Under the pieces are notes generated by a model. The model saw only the letters and a program-made list of their open reading frames with translations, was not told the origin of the DNA and ran no database searches. A stretch of 64,000 nt of DNA from Pocillopora damicornis (lineage: Eukaryota), in NCBI RefSeq assembly GCF_003704095.1, contig NW_020843379.1:372001-436000 (forward strand), in the 5' to 3' direction. The stretch's first letter is position 1; the number at the start of each line of letters is the position of its first letter. Position numbers and translations under genes: made by a program. Shown here one piece after another: positions 22,501 to 33,945 of the stretch.

Positions 22501-25140
22501 TCTTATCATGTTATAATCAATTAAGCACTGTATCAGGCTAGCACTACTTGCATAGTCCATTAATCAAAGCTGTCATTCAGCTATGTTCTGAGACTTTGAC
22601 AATTATTGACAGACATTTTTACTTAAAGATCTAGTTATCAAAATGTAAATGTGAGCTAAGGGAAAGTGAAATAGTTAAAGTAAACAGGGAGTTCAAGCAA
22701 ACTGAGCTTGAGTTAGTTGATAGTAAATAACAAAAAAATGGGGTCAAATCCAGGGAAATTGCATTTTGTTCCAGTGTGCAAGGAGTTTCAGTCAACCAGG
22801 TTCAAGTCTGTGGGGTCTTACTGTATCATAAGAGGGTGGTATGGCTCTGACACTAATAAGCATTTTTAAATGTCAAGCGTTTTTAACATGAGCCTCTAGT
22901 TTGCAAGATTGTGCGAACACTTTCCCCATGTTCAACATTAAATTAACTTTTACATTCTATTCTATTTTAATGAACTACTCCAAAATTACAAACCAAAACA
23001 TTTCTCCTCACCTAAATTCTTTTTGTCATTCATGTTGCCAGAGGGGAAGAACTTCTCACCAAATCTCCCTTGCTGCATGGTGACAGGTCCTTGTGGTTTT
23101 GCAACAGATTCAGCCTGTGATGTATAGATTCCCTGGCCTCTGCCAGAAAATGTAGAACCATTTTCTCCATAAGTAAACAACTCACTTCCATTTTCACTAA
23201 ACCCATTGTTTGTGGATGCAGCACCCTGATTTGTATAGAATCCAAACCTTTGCGATGCAGCTTCTGACATGTAAGGCTCACCATAAGACAGATCATAACT
23301 GATTGAATCTTGAGCATTTGAGAATGGCTTTCCACCATATGCACTGTACAGTCCTTTGTTACCATACAAATTTGAAACATTCTTCGGTGCATTCTGTGCA
23401 TAACTGTAACCACCAGGACTCAAATTTGATTCACTCATGACTTTCTTGTCCACTTTAAGCTTAGGAGGTCCATTAGCTAATCTACTGTCCAGAGAAACAC
23501 TATCTCCCGAAGGCCCAGGGAGTGCCCTGAAATGACTGTAAGATGGAGGATGTCTGTAGTTTGATTCCTCAAGATTATAGAATGCACTGTAATCACCAGC
23601 CATTTTTCCTGCCCTGTGGGAGTAGAAACTAGCTCCATCAAACTTTGACATGGTGTCCACAGGCTCTCTATAAGGAGGAGGATGTCGATACTTATCCAAA
23701 GGGCTCATAGAGTGTTCCATTTGCTCAGGATATGGAGGTGGGTGTCGGTATCCTGATTTTGTAGCCTCTGGGGGTGTTTTGTCAGTAGTACAAGTCTGAC
23801 ATGACTCTGCAGTCATCTGTAGTCTTTGTACTACTTCTAAAATATCCCCCATATTATTGTTTCTACTGTTTTCAAAACTGGATTGTGACAATCTTTCTCC
23901 AGCATCTGGTAAATCAGGTTGCAGGTGAGAACTGTGTGTTCTATTTGGATTGCTGTCATGAGCAACCATTACAATACCAGCATTATCAGTGCTAGCACAG
24001 TCCATGATGAAGGATTCTGAAATATCTGTTTCTGAGAGTACTGACTGGAAGCAAGGTGTTGATGCACATCTCTTCAAGCGTTCTTGACAAATAAAATAGA
24101 AAGATGGGGCAAATGTGAATATATGAGAAGTTGGATACATAAAAAATACTTGTGCATGTAATTGAAAAATGCCACATGGTCTTGTCTACATGGGAAAAGT
24201 TTAAAGAATGAAAAATATTAACTCAATCCGAAAAAATACAAGTGGATTTCTACATAAAGAATTCTTCCAAATTATGATCTTGGGAAATTTTTCGCCAGAC
24301 ACCACAGCATGAGAAAAACGTCTGAAAAACTGCTTCAAGGCCACACATTGATACTATATTGATTAAATTAAGAGGCAATATCATAATATTTCTGGTCATT
24401 TTTCCGACCTAGAAATTACACAATGACTATAGTGACTGTGTGAAAATATTGATTCATCAAACCAATATATATAGCAGTGACTCTGAAACGTGCACTAAAA
24501 ATTCAACCTTTCTTTCGGTACATAACTGTCTATCTTAGTTTTTTGTTTCTATATCGCACCTCTTGCAATGCTGAAAGAAAAGCTATTCAAAGAATTCAAT
24601 AAGGCATGCCGTGCGATAATCAATTCCTAAACAAAAATGTTACTAGGAAAGAGAGCGTTTGGTTTTACCACATTTTAAGAGAAAACTAATTTCTTCAATT
24701 GAAAATATTTGACTTCTATAAAATAACACTGCAGCAAGATCGCTATCTTCTGATATAAACAATAGAATGAAGAGATATTTTCCTGAAACAACAATTTCGA
24801 GTATGTGATACACTCGAATCAGAGTTGAATGGTCCAAATTGCCTCGGGCAGTTTTCTTTATACATACGATCGAAATAAACACATGGTTGGAATAAACAGT
24901 TGTCGAACCGAAAATCAGCGACGTATCTTGCAAATGCTACACAACCTAATTTAGCGATCTTTCCCAATAAGAAGGATAAAACTTCTTGATGATACATTCC
25001 CATCGGAAAAGCGGATTTGACAACGTACCCTCAAGAATTTCAGTTGTGTTTTCACGCTTCTTGTATTTGCCTTGTAGCCGTTCTTTGCCTCCTTTTCCTT
25101 TCTTCTTTACGAAGTACTTTCTTAAGAAGGGCATCTTCAT
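19554..25140 (-). CDS. SAV1: Salvador homolog (Hippo pathway scaffold), 8 coding exons: 25140/25134-25029, 24082-23012, 21813-21720, 21501-21455, 21096-21039, 20601-20441, 20202-20141, 19772-19554
   Basis: N-terminal QGKYKKRE; WW1 [30 protein letters not shown]; WW2 [44 protein letters not shown]; SARAH domain WDLFRYAELDCWQTMLKRLYKKE. Splice phases are consistent. Confidence 0.93.
20634..20844. mobile_element. piggyBac-type MITE family A (~205 bp); further copies at ~14085-14171, 15500-15679, 21920-22109, 29601-29808, 31506-31718, 32115-32290, 40256-40662, 50137-50342
   Basis: (T)TAA-CCCTTT...AAAGGG-TTAA ends, with the shared core GAGAATAAAGGAAATGATCACCAA...AAACAAATTCTCCTTGTCAGCACC. Confidence 0.8.
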
Positions 25141-25388
25141 TCTCGTTGACGATCCCAGCAGGTTCGTTCCTTCAAATATTTCGACAACAAAATTCCATCC
25201 TTTCCCACCACATAATTTTTGAGTAATGCCTAAAATTGTAAACATGTAATGTATCTTCTCGGGTGATTGTGCAGTGAAGGGACTAGTGATGAAATTCCGA
25301 TGATTCATCGATTGCAAAATTTCCGGCCGTTCGGTGATCGCCGACACTCCGAATAATCTCGAATGAGTATTGAATTGTAATGAACAGG

Positions 25389-25402
25389 GTTGCTATGGTC
25401 AC
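25389..25402. promoter_or_regulatory. RFX X-box candidate in the SAV1/RSPH4-6 intergenic promoter
   Basis: GTTGCTATGGTCAC, close to the GTTGCCATGGCAAC consensus, 90 bp upstream of the ATG of a motile-cilia gene. A YY1-like AGATGGCGG follows at 25412-25420. Confidence 0.65.
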
Positions 25403-25491
25403 ACAAACCATAGATGGCGGCTGACTAAGCTAGACCGCAAGAGACCTCGAGAAATATCGGTGATTATTTCTTTTTCAAATATCAAAAGACC

Positions 25492-28400
25492 ATGGATAGT
25501 GCAAGCGAATCTGGAAGCAGTGATCTAGACGGTGATTTTCAAAATGCAAAGGCTTTCTTGCTGAAAACAAGTTTACATTCGAATCTAAATGTGTAAGTAA
25601 TATTACACTTTGAGGTCTCGTTTGAGGATTTTTTTTAAACATAAACACCTTAGATGAAATCTTCTTTCTTCTTCTCTTTTACTTAGCTACGATCATCTTG
25701 CAACTGTGATTAGAAAGGTCTTGGAAGAGAAACCAGAAAATGTATCAGGCAAGCACTACTTGTATAGTCTTAGTGGCTCTTACAGCGTAATTTACTTTAC
25801 ATAGCAAATTGTAAACGCTGTGTTAGTTTTCTGGTAGATCCATTGATGTCTGCTTCACCACGTATTTAAGTTTTTTTTCCTTTATTTTACATTGATACAG
25901 ACTTGATAGAAGATCTTGTCAGAGATGAAAAGAGAGCAAAATTTTGTCCCAATTTTGACACTATTCAGGTAATGCAACACTAAATAAGCACTGAATTAAA
26001 AAGTGAACTACGTGGTCATTAAGTGTACAAGAAACAAAGTTAGGGTACATGACGAGACGTTTTATTTTTAAAAGAATTAAACAGTATTCTAGAATCAAGA
26101 GTCACACGCTTAACTGACAAAGAGAAGCAGAAAGTTCTCTATAATTACCAGGGGTGTGCATAATGTTTTTAAAATTTAATGATAAGCCGAGTTTTATACA
26201 CAGTTTAATTGGCTCTTACCAATGATCTATTGGAAGACAGATGCTTAACCCTTTAACTCCCACGAGTGACCAAGACAGAATTTGTCCTTACAACATCAAT
26301 ACAATATCAAGTNNNNNNNNNNTGAGAATAAAGAAAAATATCAGTTAGGGGATTTCAAGTTGATCTAATACCACATTCTCCAAACTAACATCACAAGNNN
26401 NNNNNNNCAGACAGTAGGGAGAATTACTAATAAGATCTTGAGAGTTAAAGGGTTAAATGACACCAGCTTTAATAAAACTTTCCTCTTTTATCTTATAACA
26501 GATAGATTCCATGTTGCCATGGGTCTGTACTGAAGAAATGTTAAAATGGTTTCCATTTTTACATAGCCTGATGTAAACACGCAGGAGGTTGGGAGAACAC
26601 GAGATAAGCATAGGAAACCATGACACAAAGCGGAGTGGTTTCCAGCTTATCGAGTGTTCTCCCAACCTCCCGCATGTTTACATCAGNNNNNNNNNNNNNN
26701 NNNNNNNNNNNNNNNNNNNNNNNNNNNNNNNNNNNNNNNNNNNNNNNNNNNNNNNNNNNNNNNNNNNNNNNNNNNNAAAATGGTTTTATGGCCAATCAGA
26801 GCACGCGTACTATTTGAATTATTTTATAAACTGTAATAGAACACAGAAGATGTTATAATGTGGTGAAAACAACAGTGCCACATAAGGCGCATCATCTATG
26901 ATCCATTACTGAACAGGAGCGTGGTAACATGGAATCCATTTGTTAAATAGTGTACTCTGATTGGTGTTTCTGTGAGCATAATAAGATCCATTGAGATTAA
27001 GTTGCAATGTTGATAATTATGCCTTATTTCTTTTTAATATTCTTCTTCCAGAATAAAGAAGATGAATCTACAGAGGTTTTACTTGCAAGGTCTCAGGTGG
27101 CATTATTTGAAGTAAGCTGTACCAAATTTTCTTGTATCCATCTGCTACCTAAATTCTTAAATACATATTTAGAGCATTTTAGTATGATGAGTGCAAGGCA
27201 TTGTGGGAGATGTGGTGACCAAATGGTCAGAGTGCTGGACTCTATGTTGGGAGGCCTGAGTTCACAAACTGACCAGGTCATTGTGTTGTGTTTGTGGGCA
27301 AAACACTGTACTTTCACAGAGCCCCTCTCTCTATCTCAGAGTATACATGCAAATGGGTTCTTGTAAATTGTCAATAAATGTAGCCTAATGAAATGATAGG
27401 GGTAGCCTTGCAATAGACTAACATCTCATCCAGGGGGGAGTAGTGATATTCCTAGTTGCTTCATGCTATAGAAACCGGGATAAGTTCCAGCTGCATGGGT
27501 GGCTTGGTTTGAGTACGGAGTTAACCTGATGCTAGGTATCTTTTGTATCAAAATTGTGTTTTCAGAGAAAACCCACTGAGCAAGAACTGGAGCCTTTGAT
27601 GCGAGATCCAGATATGGAAGAGGAGCAGGAGGAGGCCCCGTTACCAGATCTGATGGAACTTGCCAACTACTTTGAACAAGCTGGTATTGGCATTGGCAGA
27701 GAAGAAATATTTAGAATATTTTTGTCTCTGAAGATTTTAATTGACACATACCCAATTAGGACATGCAGATTTTGGGGTAAGAGCAATAATCATAGCAAAA
27801 AGTTTTGGATTATATTTTCTGTAAAGGATCACTGTATGGAAAGATAAGTGATTTGTCTTTAACTGAACTAATTTACATTTTATTCTAACAGGTAAAATAT
27901 TTGGCATCCATGCTAATTACTTAATCGCTGAAGTGGAGTTCTTTGAAGGAGAAGACCCTGAGGAGCCACTTGATGATGAACAACATCTAGAACAACAAGA
28001 GGTTAGAACCTATATCCTTAAGTTATACATATTTCCTAATCAGCCTGATATCCAATATTTTAAAGATGTTAAACCAAGTTTTGGGACAGAAGGCTGGACT
28101 TGACAACAATTGATCCTTGTCTACTTTGGAATTTTTAGTCCAAACACTTCAAATCCTTTTCAGGACCATGGTAGTAATGAGATACTTGAGTCAAGATGAA
28201 AAGCAGCATAACAGTGCATGCACATGGAGGCATACTATCCAATCACACAAGCACAACATGCACACTGTCCTATCAGTGCTCAAATTGGACAGGCAATTTT
28301 TCAAGAACTTTTTGTTTCACTTTTAATTAACATGGGAAAAAAAATTATCAAGTTCAAGTACAGCAAGCTTTTGGGAAATGGTTAATATTTTTTTTAATTG

Positions 28401-31400
28401 TTTTCTTTTTACCATAGAATGAAACAAAAACAGACATCATTAAAGAAGGTGAGAGATATTTTGCACTTCAAACCAGGTCGATAATTATTTATCTTTGTGT
28501 CTTATATTTATTATCATAATCTGAAAAAAAGAAGACAACAACCAAAGAAAAATTTGATCCCCCACACATTCAAAGATGACAACTTTATTCATAATTATTT
28601 TAAATGCCCTTGAATTTATTGGCCCCATGCATTTTGATTAATTGTGGTTCATACTTGTGCATGCAATCAACATATAGATATATTTACATGTAAAGTTCTA
28701 TTCTTCTTTAGGAGATTTTGATGTAGAGGAAGATGATGCTCCACAGGCAGACTTCAAACCACCTCCAGTAATCCCCAAAGAAGAAAACAGAACAGGCTGT
28801 AACAAGAAAACATACTTTGTATCCAATGAACGTGAGTTGCTTCAGACTCATAGATCATGATTTGTTTAACCCCCTAACTATATGAGTGAACAAGACAGAA
28901 TTTCTTCTTACAATATTAATACAATATCAAACAGACAAGTGATGAGAATAAAGAAAAATATCATTCAGGGGATTATTTGTTGATCCAATACCGAAGTCTC
29001 CAAACTAACATCATAAGAATATTGTATGGCAGACTGTGAGCTGGGGGAATTATTATGTGTCCTTTTAATAAAGTGTTTATTTTAATCTTACAACAGCTGG
29101 TGGTCAATGGGTCAGGCTACCCCCTGTCACACCAGCACAGATTGTTGTCTCAAGACAAGTCAGAAAATTCTTCACAGGAAATCTTCAGGCACCTGTAAGT
29201 TATAAGTTACACAATTTGAATTAAATCTTCTAAAATCCATCCTGCCTCAGCTCCACTGGTAAATAATAAACTAATTACCAAGTGTATTTAAGTATAGGAA
29301 ATCGTATGAACGCGAGTGCATTTCGTGATTTATGGGCACAAGTGATGTTTTGAAAGTTCTCAAAATTTCACGAGCCGTAGGCGAGTGCAATTTGNNNNNN
29401 NNNNNNNNNNNNNNNNNNNNNNNNNNNNNNNNNNNNNNNNNNNNNNNNNNNNNNNNNNNNNNNNNNNNNNNNNNNNNNNNNNNNNNNNNNNNNNNNNNNN
29501 NNNNNNNNNNNNNNNNNNNNNNNNNNNNNNNNNNNNNNNNNNNATTCATCATTGACCAATCAGAAACGCGATATTTTGTTGAGTATATAATAATATACCT
29601 TACCCTTTGACCCCTGAGAGTGACTAGCATCCAATTTCTCCCTACAAAATCACCCTTGAGTCACACACCAAAGTCATGAGAATGAATTAAATGATCACCA
29701 ACTAAAGAAGCTTGTGATTGTCCATAAATTCTCCTGATCAATGCATTAGAAAATATATAGAGAACAGTATGGAGAATACGCTTACTGATGTTAGGGTGTA
29801 AAGTGTTACTGTTATTTCCGGCCGATTATCCGCCAGTAATCTGTTTATTTTTCCACAAACAGTTCTTGGTGCGGGTTATCTACCAGTGTGGGTAATCTGT
29901 ATAAATTTTTTTCTCGTTATTGCAAAAATTGACTGATGTGGGTAATCTGCTGCACTGATGAATGGACAGAAAATATGGTAAGCCTTTCAGTTAGTTTAAT
30001 TTGCAACCTAGCAATTTTAATCAAGAGATTTTTTTATCAATAGGTTGTGAGCTATCCACCATTCCCCGGAAATGAAGCCAACTACTTGAGAGCTCAAATT
30101 GCCAGAATATCTGCTACAACACACATCAGTCCTTTGGGTTACTACATGTTTGAAGAAGAAGAGGAGGAGGATGATGATATAGGAGGTACAAAGCATATTC
30201 ATTTGCTCTATTTTCCTCTTTCCCTCCTTTCCTTCTTCCTTCCTTTCTCCCTTCCAAGCTTTTCTCTCTTCATACAATAAATGTGCTTTCCTTCCTCTCT
30301 GCTCCCCTTTTTCCTCTTTATCACCTAATACACTCCTTGCCTTCTTTCTTTCTTTCCTTTCCTCTTTCTTTCTTTCTCTTTCTTTTTTCCTTCCCTTTTT
30401 TCTTTTTTTTACCCTTCTTTCTTTCCTTTGTCCTCTCTTTCTTTTATCCTCTATTTCTTTTTTCATATTTTCTTTCCCTTTCATTCTCTCTTTTTTTCAT
30501 CCTTTCTTTTCTTCTTTCTTTCTCTCTTTTTCTTTCTTTCTTTCTCTTGCTTTTTTGTTATCCCCATGCCTTTCTCCCTTGTTCTCTTTAGCTTCCTTTC
30601 TTTCTTCCATTCATTCCCTTTGTCACTATCTGAATACTAAATTCAATGCTTTGTGCAATTTCAGCTCGAGATTCTTTTGTGGTGAATCATGAGTTTGAAG
30701 GACTCTCAATTAATGACATGGCTGATCCATCATGCGCAAACTGGGTTCATCATGTCCAGTACGTTCTTCCACAGGTAAGCTATGCATAGGTAACTTTGAA
30801 TGTCTGGCTAGTTAACTGTTGGGGTGAGTTTCAACGTGACAGTAACCTCACAGTAGTCCTGATCCCCAACAATTCTGATTATTTTGAAATTGGTTATAAT
30901 TAGCCAAAATCATTATGAAAACTTTAAATTTTAGTGGTAATAAACATTTCATTGCTAGGTGTTTACTGAGTGTCCCCTTTTCCATTTTCCTTGGGGATTC
31001 CATTTCAAGGCTTGCCTTGTACACTGTCCGGATGTTTCCTTGTGGTGTGGCCAATCCATCTTCACTTCCTCCAGCTGATTTGTATTTGAATGGGTACCTG
31101 ACCTGATCTTTCCCATTGTTCTTCCTAACCAAGTATCAATTTGGTTTTGCAGGGTCGTTGTACTTGGTTTAATCCTTCACAGAAGAGAGAAGAAGAAGAA
31201 CTTGAGGAAGAAGAGGAAGATGAAGAGAGGGAAGAACCAGATGAACCTGAGCCAGAGCAAGGTCCTCCCCTGCTGACACCTCTCTCAGAGGACGTAGGTA
31301 AGGAAGAGTGCTTGATGGTTCTGTTTTCACAGTCATGCTGTGGCAACTGATATTCTGCCTTGCCTATAGCCTGCTATCATCTTTGTATTGGAGTGTGGAT

Positions 31401-32897
31401 GTGTCCTATATTGCCNNNNNNNNNNCCCCGTGAATAACACTTTAAGGTCATTTAAGGAACTGCTAACCCTAAGATGTTCTAGATTGTACTTAAAAAGTGA
31501 TTTTTTTAACTTCTTGGCCCCTAAGAGTTTCTAGTGTCCTATTTCTTCTGACAGTTTTACCCTTGAATGAAACATAAATGTCATGAGAATAACAGAAATG
31601 ATCCCCAACTAAAGAGGCTCTAGACTGTTAAACAAATTATCCCTGTCAGCACCCTAGGAAAATGAAAATAAAGCAGTATGGTTAATAAGCATACTGATGT
31701 TTAAGTGTAAAAGGGTAATGCATCTACTCCTGAAAAATACCAGAGTGGCCATGATCTGTGAGACTGACAACACAGTGATGTGTATTTTTAAAATGATGAA
31801 TCATAAATGCATGGTCGTAATTTAATATTCTTACTGTTCTCAATTTCTTTTGTTGACAGAGGTTGATGGCATGCCACCTTGGACAGCACAGAAGTCTTCT
31901 ACCTTAATTCCACAGTACTCTTTAGCAGTAATGCACTCCAACCTCTGGCCAGGAGCACATGCATTTGCTCTTGAGAGGTTTGTATTCATGGAATAACTGA
32001 TTCCTTCTGTAACTTCATTAATGGTTGGATATTTATAGGATGCATCTATGCCAGGTTTTTTAAGCCATCCCCTCTCCACACCAATCTTTAACCTACCTGT
32101 ACTACTGCATAGATCAACCCTTTTGCTCCTGATAGTGACTACCATCTAATTTCTCCTTACAGTATCACCCCTCAGTTACACATTAAGGTCAAGAGAATAA
32201 AGGAAATGATCACCAACTAAAGAAGCTCTTGGTTGTTTAACAAATTCCCCTCATCAGCACCCTAGGAAAGTATAGGGAACAGTATAGAGAGTTGGGGTGT
32301 TGAGGGTCAGGCAGTGAAGACATAAAGCTTTGATAATAATGCATGCAGAAGGTTGGCAAGTCTGTCAGTGAAAAGGGCACTTGGAGAGCATGGTCACCCT
32401 TATTAAGCCGTTTTAGACAACCAGTTCCAAAACCAGACATTGCATTCCGATTCAATATCTTCAAGTGGAAGAGAAAAGAGAGCTACCAGTTTTATTACCA
32501 TTGTCACTTTTCTAAGAGAGAGAGAGAGTACATGAAATTGAATTGGATAACAATATCATTGAATACTGCACTTTGATTTGCAATAATGCAGTGTTATGAC
32601 ATTTTCATACAACAACCGATTAAGTCCAGAAATATATTTTGATAAAATTTCAATCTTCCTGTCCATCCTAGAAAATTTGAGAACCTCTATGTTGGTTGGG
32701 GCCAGAAATTCAGTGCAGAAAACTACAGCCCACCACCCCCTCCAGCACCTCAAGAGGAATTCCCCAGTGGACCAGAAATCACTGAGGCTGAAGACCCATC
32801 TGTGGAGGAAGAGAAGGCCCTGAAGGCTGCTCAACAGGAAGCAATGGAGGCTGCTGAGATGGAGGATGAGGAAGATGATGATGACGAAGATGACTAG
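25492..32897 (+). CDS. RSPH4A: Radial spoke head protein 4/6 homolog, ~14 exons (25492-25592, 25687-25748, 25901-25968, 27052-27111, 27566-27776, 27892-28001, 28419-28448, 28712-28831, 29097-29193, 30043-30186, 30665-30774, 31153-31297, 31860-31977, 32671-32897)
   Basis: AKAFLLK..NVYDHL; [13 protein letters not shown]; CRFWGKIFG..NYLIAE; GCNKKTYFV; [12 protein letters not shown]; [21 protein letters not shown]; NWVHH..Y.LPQGRC; [11 protein letters not shown]; SNLWPGA; [13 protein letters not shown]4A and RSPH6A orthology cannot be distinguished here. Confidence 0.92.
26245..26456. mobile_element. piggyBac-type MITE family B; further copies at ~28867-29040, 34010-34153, 36787-36993, 40394-40593, and related elements at 46056-46257 and 50582-50793
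   Basis: TTAA-CCCTTTAACTCCC...GAGTTAAAGGG-TTAA, with the shared core GAGTGACCAAGACAGAATTT...GAGAATAAAGAAAAATATCA. Confidence 0.82.
26567..26686. repeat. ~120-bp near-perfect palindrome within a dispersed repeat
   Basis: CTGATGTAAACACGCAGGAGGTTGGGAGAACAC...GTGTTCTCCCAACCTCCCGCATGTTTACATCAG. Confidence 0.75.
27205..27527 (+). mobile_element. Degenerate tRNA-derived SINE
   Basis: tRNA-like head (TGACCAAATGG...GAGTTCACA), CORE-like GGGCAAAACACTGTACTTTCACAG, and a 3' tail CATCCAGGGGGGAGTAG...GCTTCATGCTATAGAAACCGGGATAAG. Confidence 0.6.
29291..29595. repeat. Dispersed repeat (related sequence at ~37415-37730)
   Basis: Shared CA(C/T)GAGCC...AGG(C/T)GAGTGCA.TTTG and CCAATCAGA terminal motif; partly gapped. 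Confidence 0.5.
30205..30620. repeat. Polypyrimidine low-complexity tract (CTTT/CTT) in an RSPH4/6 intron
   Basis: About 400 bp that is almost entirely C/T on the + strand. Confidence 0.9.
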
Positions 32898-33439
32898 TTT
32901 CTGTTTTGGTGTTCAATTAATTTCAGTGAAATTGTGAATCACATTGTTTGCTTTTTTGAATGTATATAACAACCAACATTTAAAATTATGATGTAAACAA
33001 ACTTGAAAAGAATTAGTATCTTGTGTCAACATACACATTCTTATTTTGTTGCTTCCTTTATAAGCAAGTTATGTCTCTTACGTAGGTCCAGAAAACAGAA
33101 AAACATGTACATATTATTGAAAAGTTTTGCTTTTCCAAACTGTTACTGCTGTTGAGTTTATTGTGTCATACATCATAAAGCTTTCTTATTAAAATGTGAA
33201 TTGAGTCATAACAAAAGCGGATTGAACTGTTTCACGAACCATTTTAATTACTCATAAACAAACTACAAGGCTGTTAGTAAAACTTAATGACAAGTGTTTT
33301 AAAGAGGTGATCTAATGCATTGTACATTTCACTTGTAAAATACACAACTTTAACAAACGTCCATATAGAAAAAAAGTTATGTATTTAATAACTGGTGATT
33401 ACCACTGCATTGCCTGCTGTTTCAGTGCTTTGTATTGAC

Positions 33440-33582
33440 CCTGGTTGTTAGAAGGCTGGATAACACTATCCACTGGATAAATATTGCTATCCAGCAGATA
33501 GCATATCTATGTTTTGTTGGCACTTATGTGCTGGACAGCAATTTGTCCAGTGGATAACACTATCTAGCCTTTGAACAACTAA
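33440..33582. repeat. Short palindromic MITE-like element
   Basis: GTTGTT.GAAGGCTGGATA...TATCCACTGGATAAAT is mirrored by ATTTGTCCAGTGGATA...TATCTAGCCTTTGAACAAC. Confidence 0.55.
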
Positions 33583-33945
33583 GAACTGGTTGTTAAAATG
33601 AACAAAATTGAAGACAGCGACTAAAAACAATCACAAATCTTGCTAGGGAAAAGCATACATGAAACCCTCAAGGAAAACTGCTAATTAAATCAGTCTTGTC
33701 AACATACAAGGCCAGTAACTTGATAACACTGTGGTTGCTTTTGTCATGTTTACAAAGCAGGTGTAAAGGTTTAAAAAAATTAAAAAGGAAAAAGGTTTAC
33801 TTTTGCTGATGTTTTTGTGTTGTGTTAAACTACAGTTAAGATAAGAGGGCCTATTCACAGGATGAAATCAGGTGTCCATCACTTAAGCTATGTACTATTC
33901 CTGTCACTGGCTATGTCCTTGTTTCACAGTGTCTTCCCAGGAAGT

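Noticed and set aside
24946-25347. 133-aa ORF as a separate gene
   Set aside because: Only 25140-25029 is SAV1 exon 1; the rest is open frame in UTR and intron.
30017-30640. K/E/R-rich and F/L/S-rich ORFs
   Set aside because: Translations of an intronic polypyrimidine tract.
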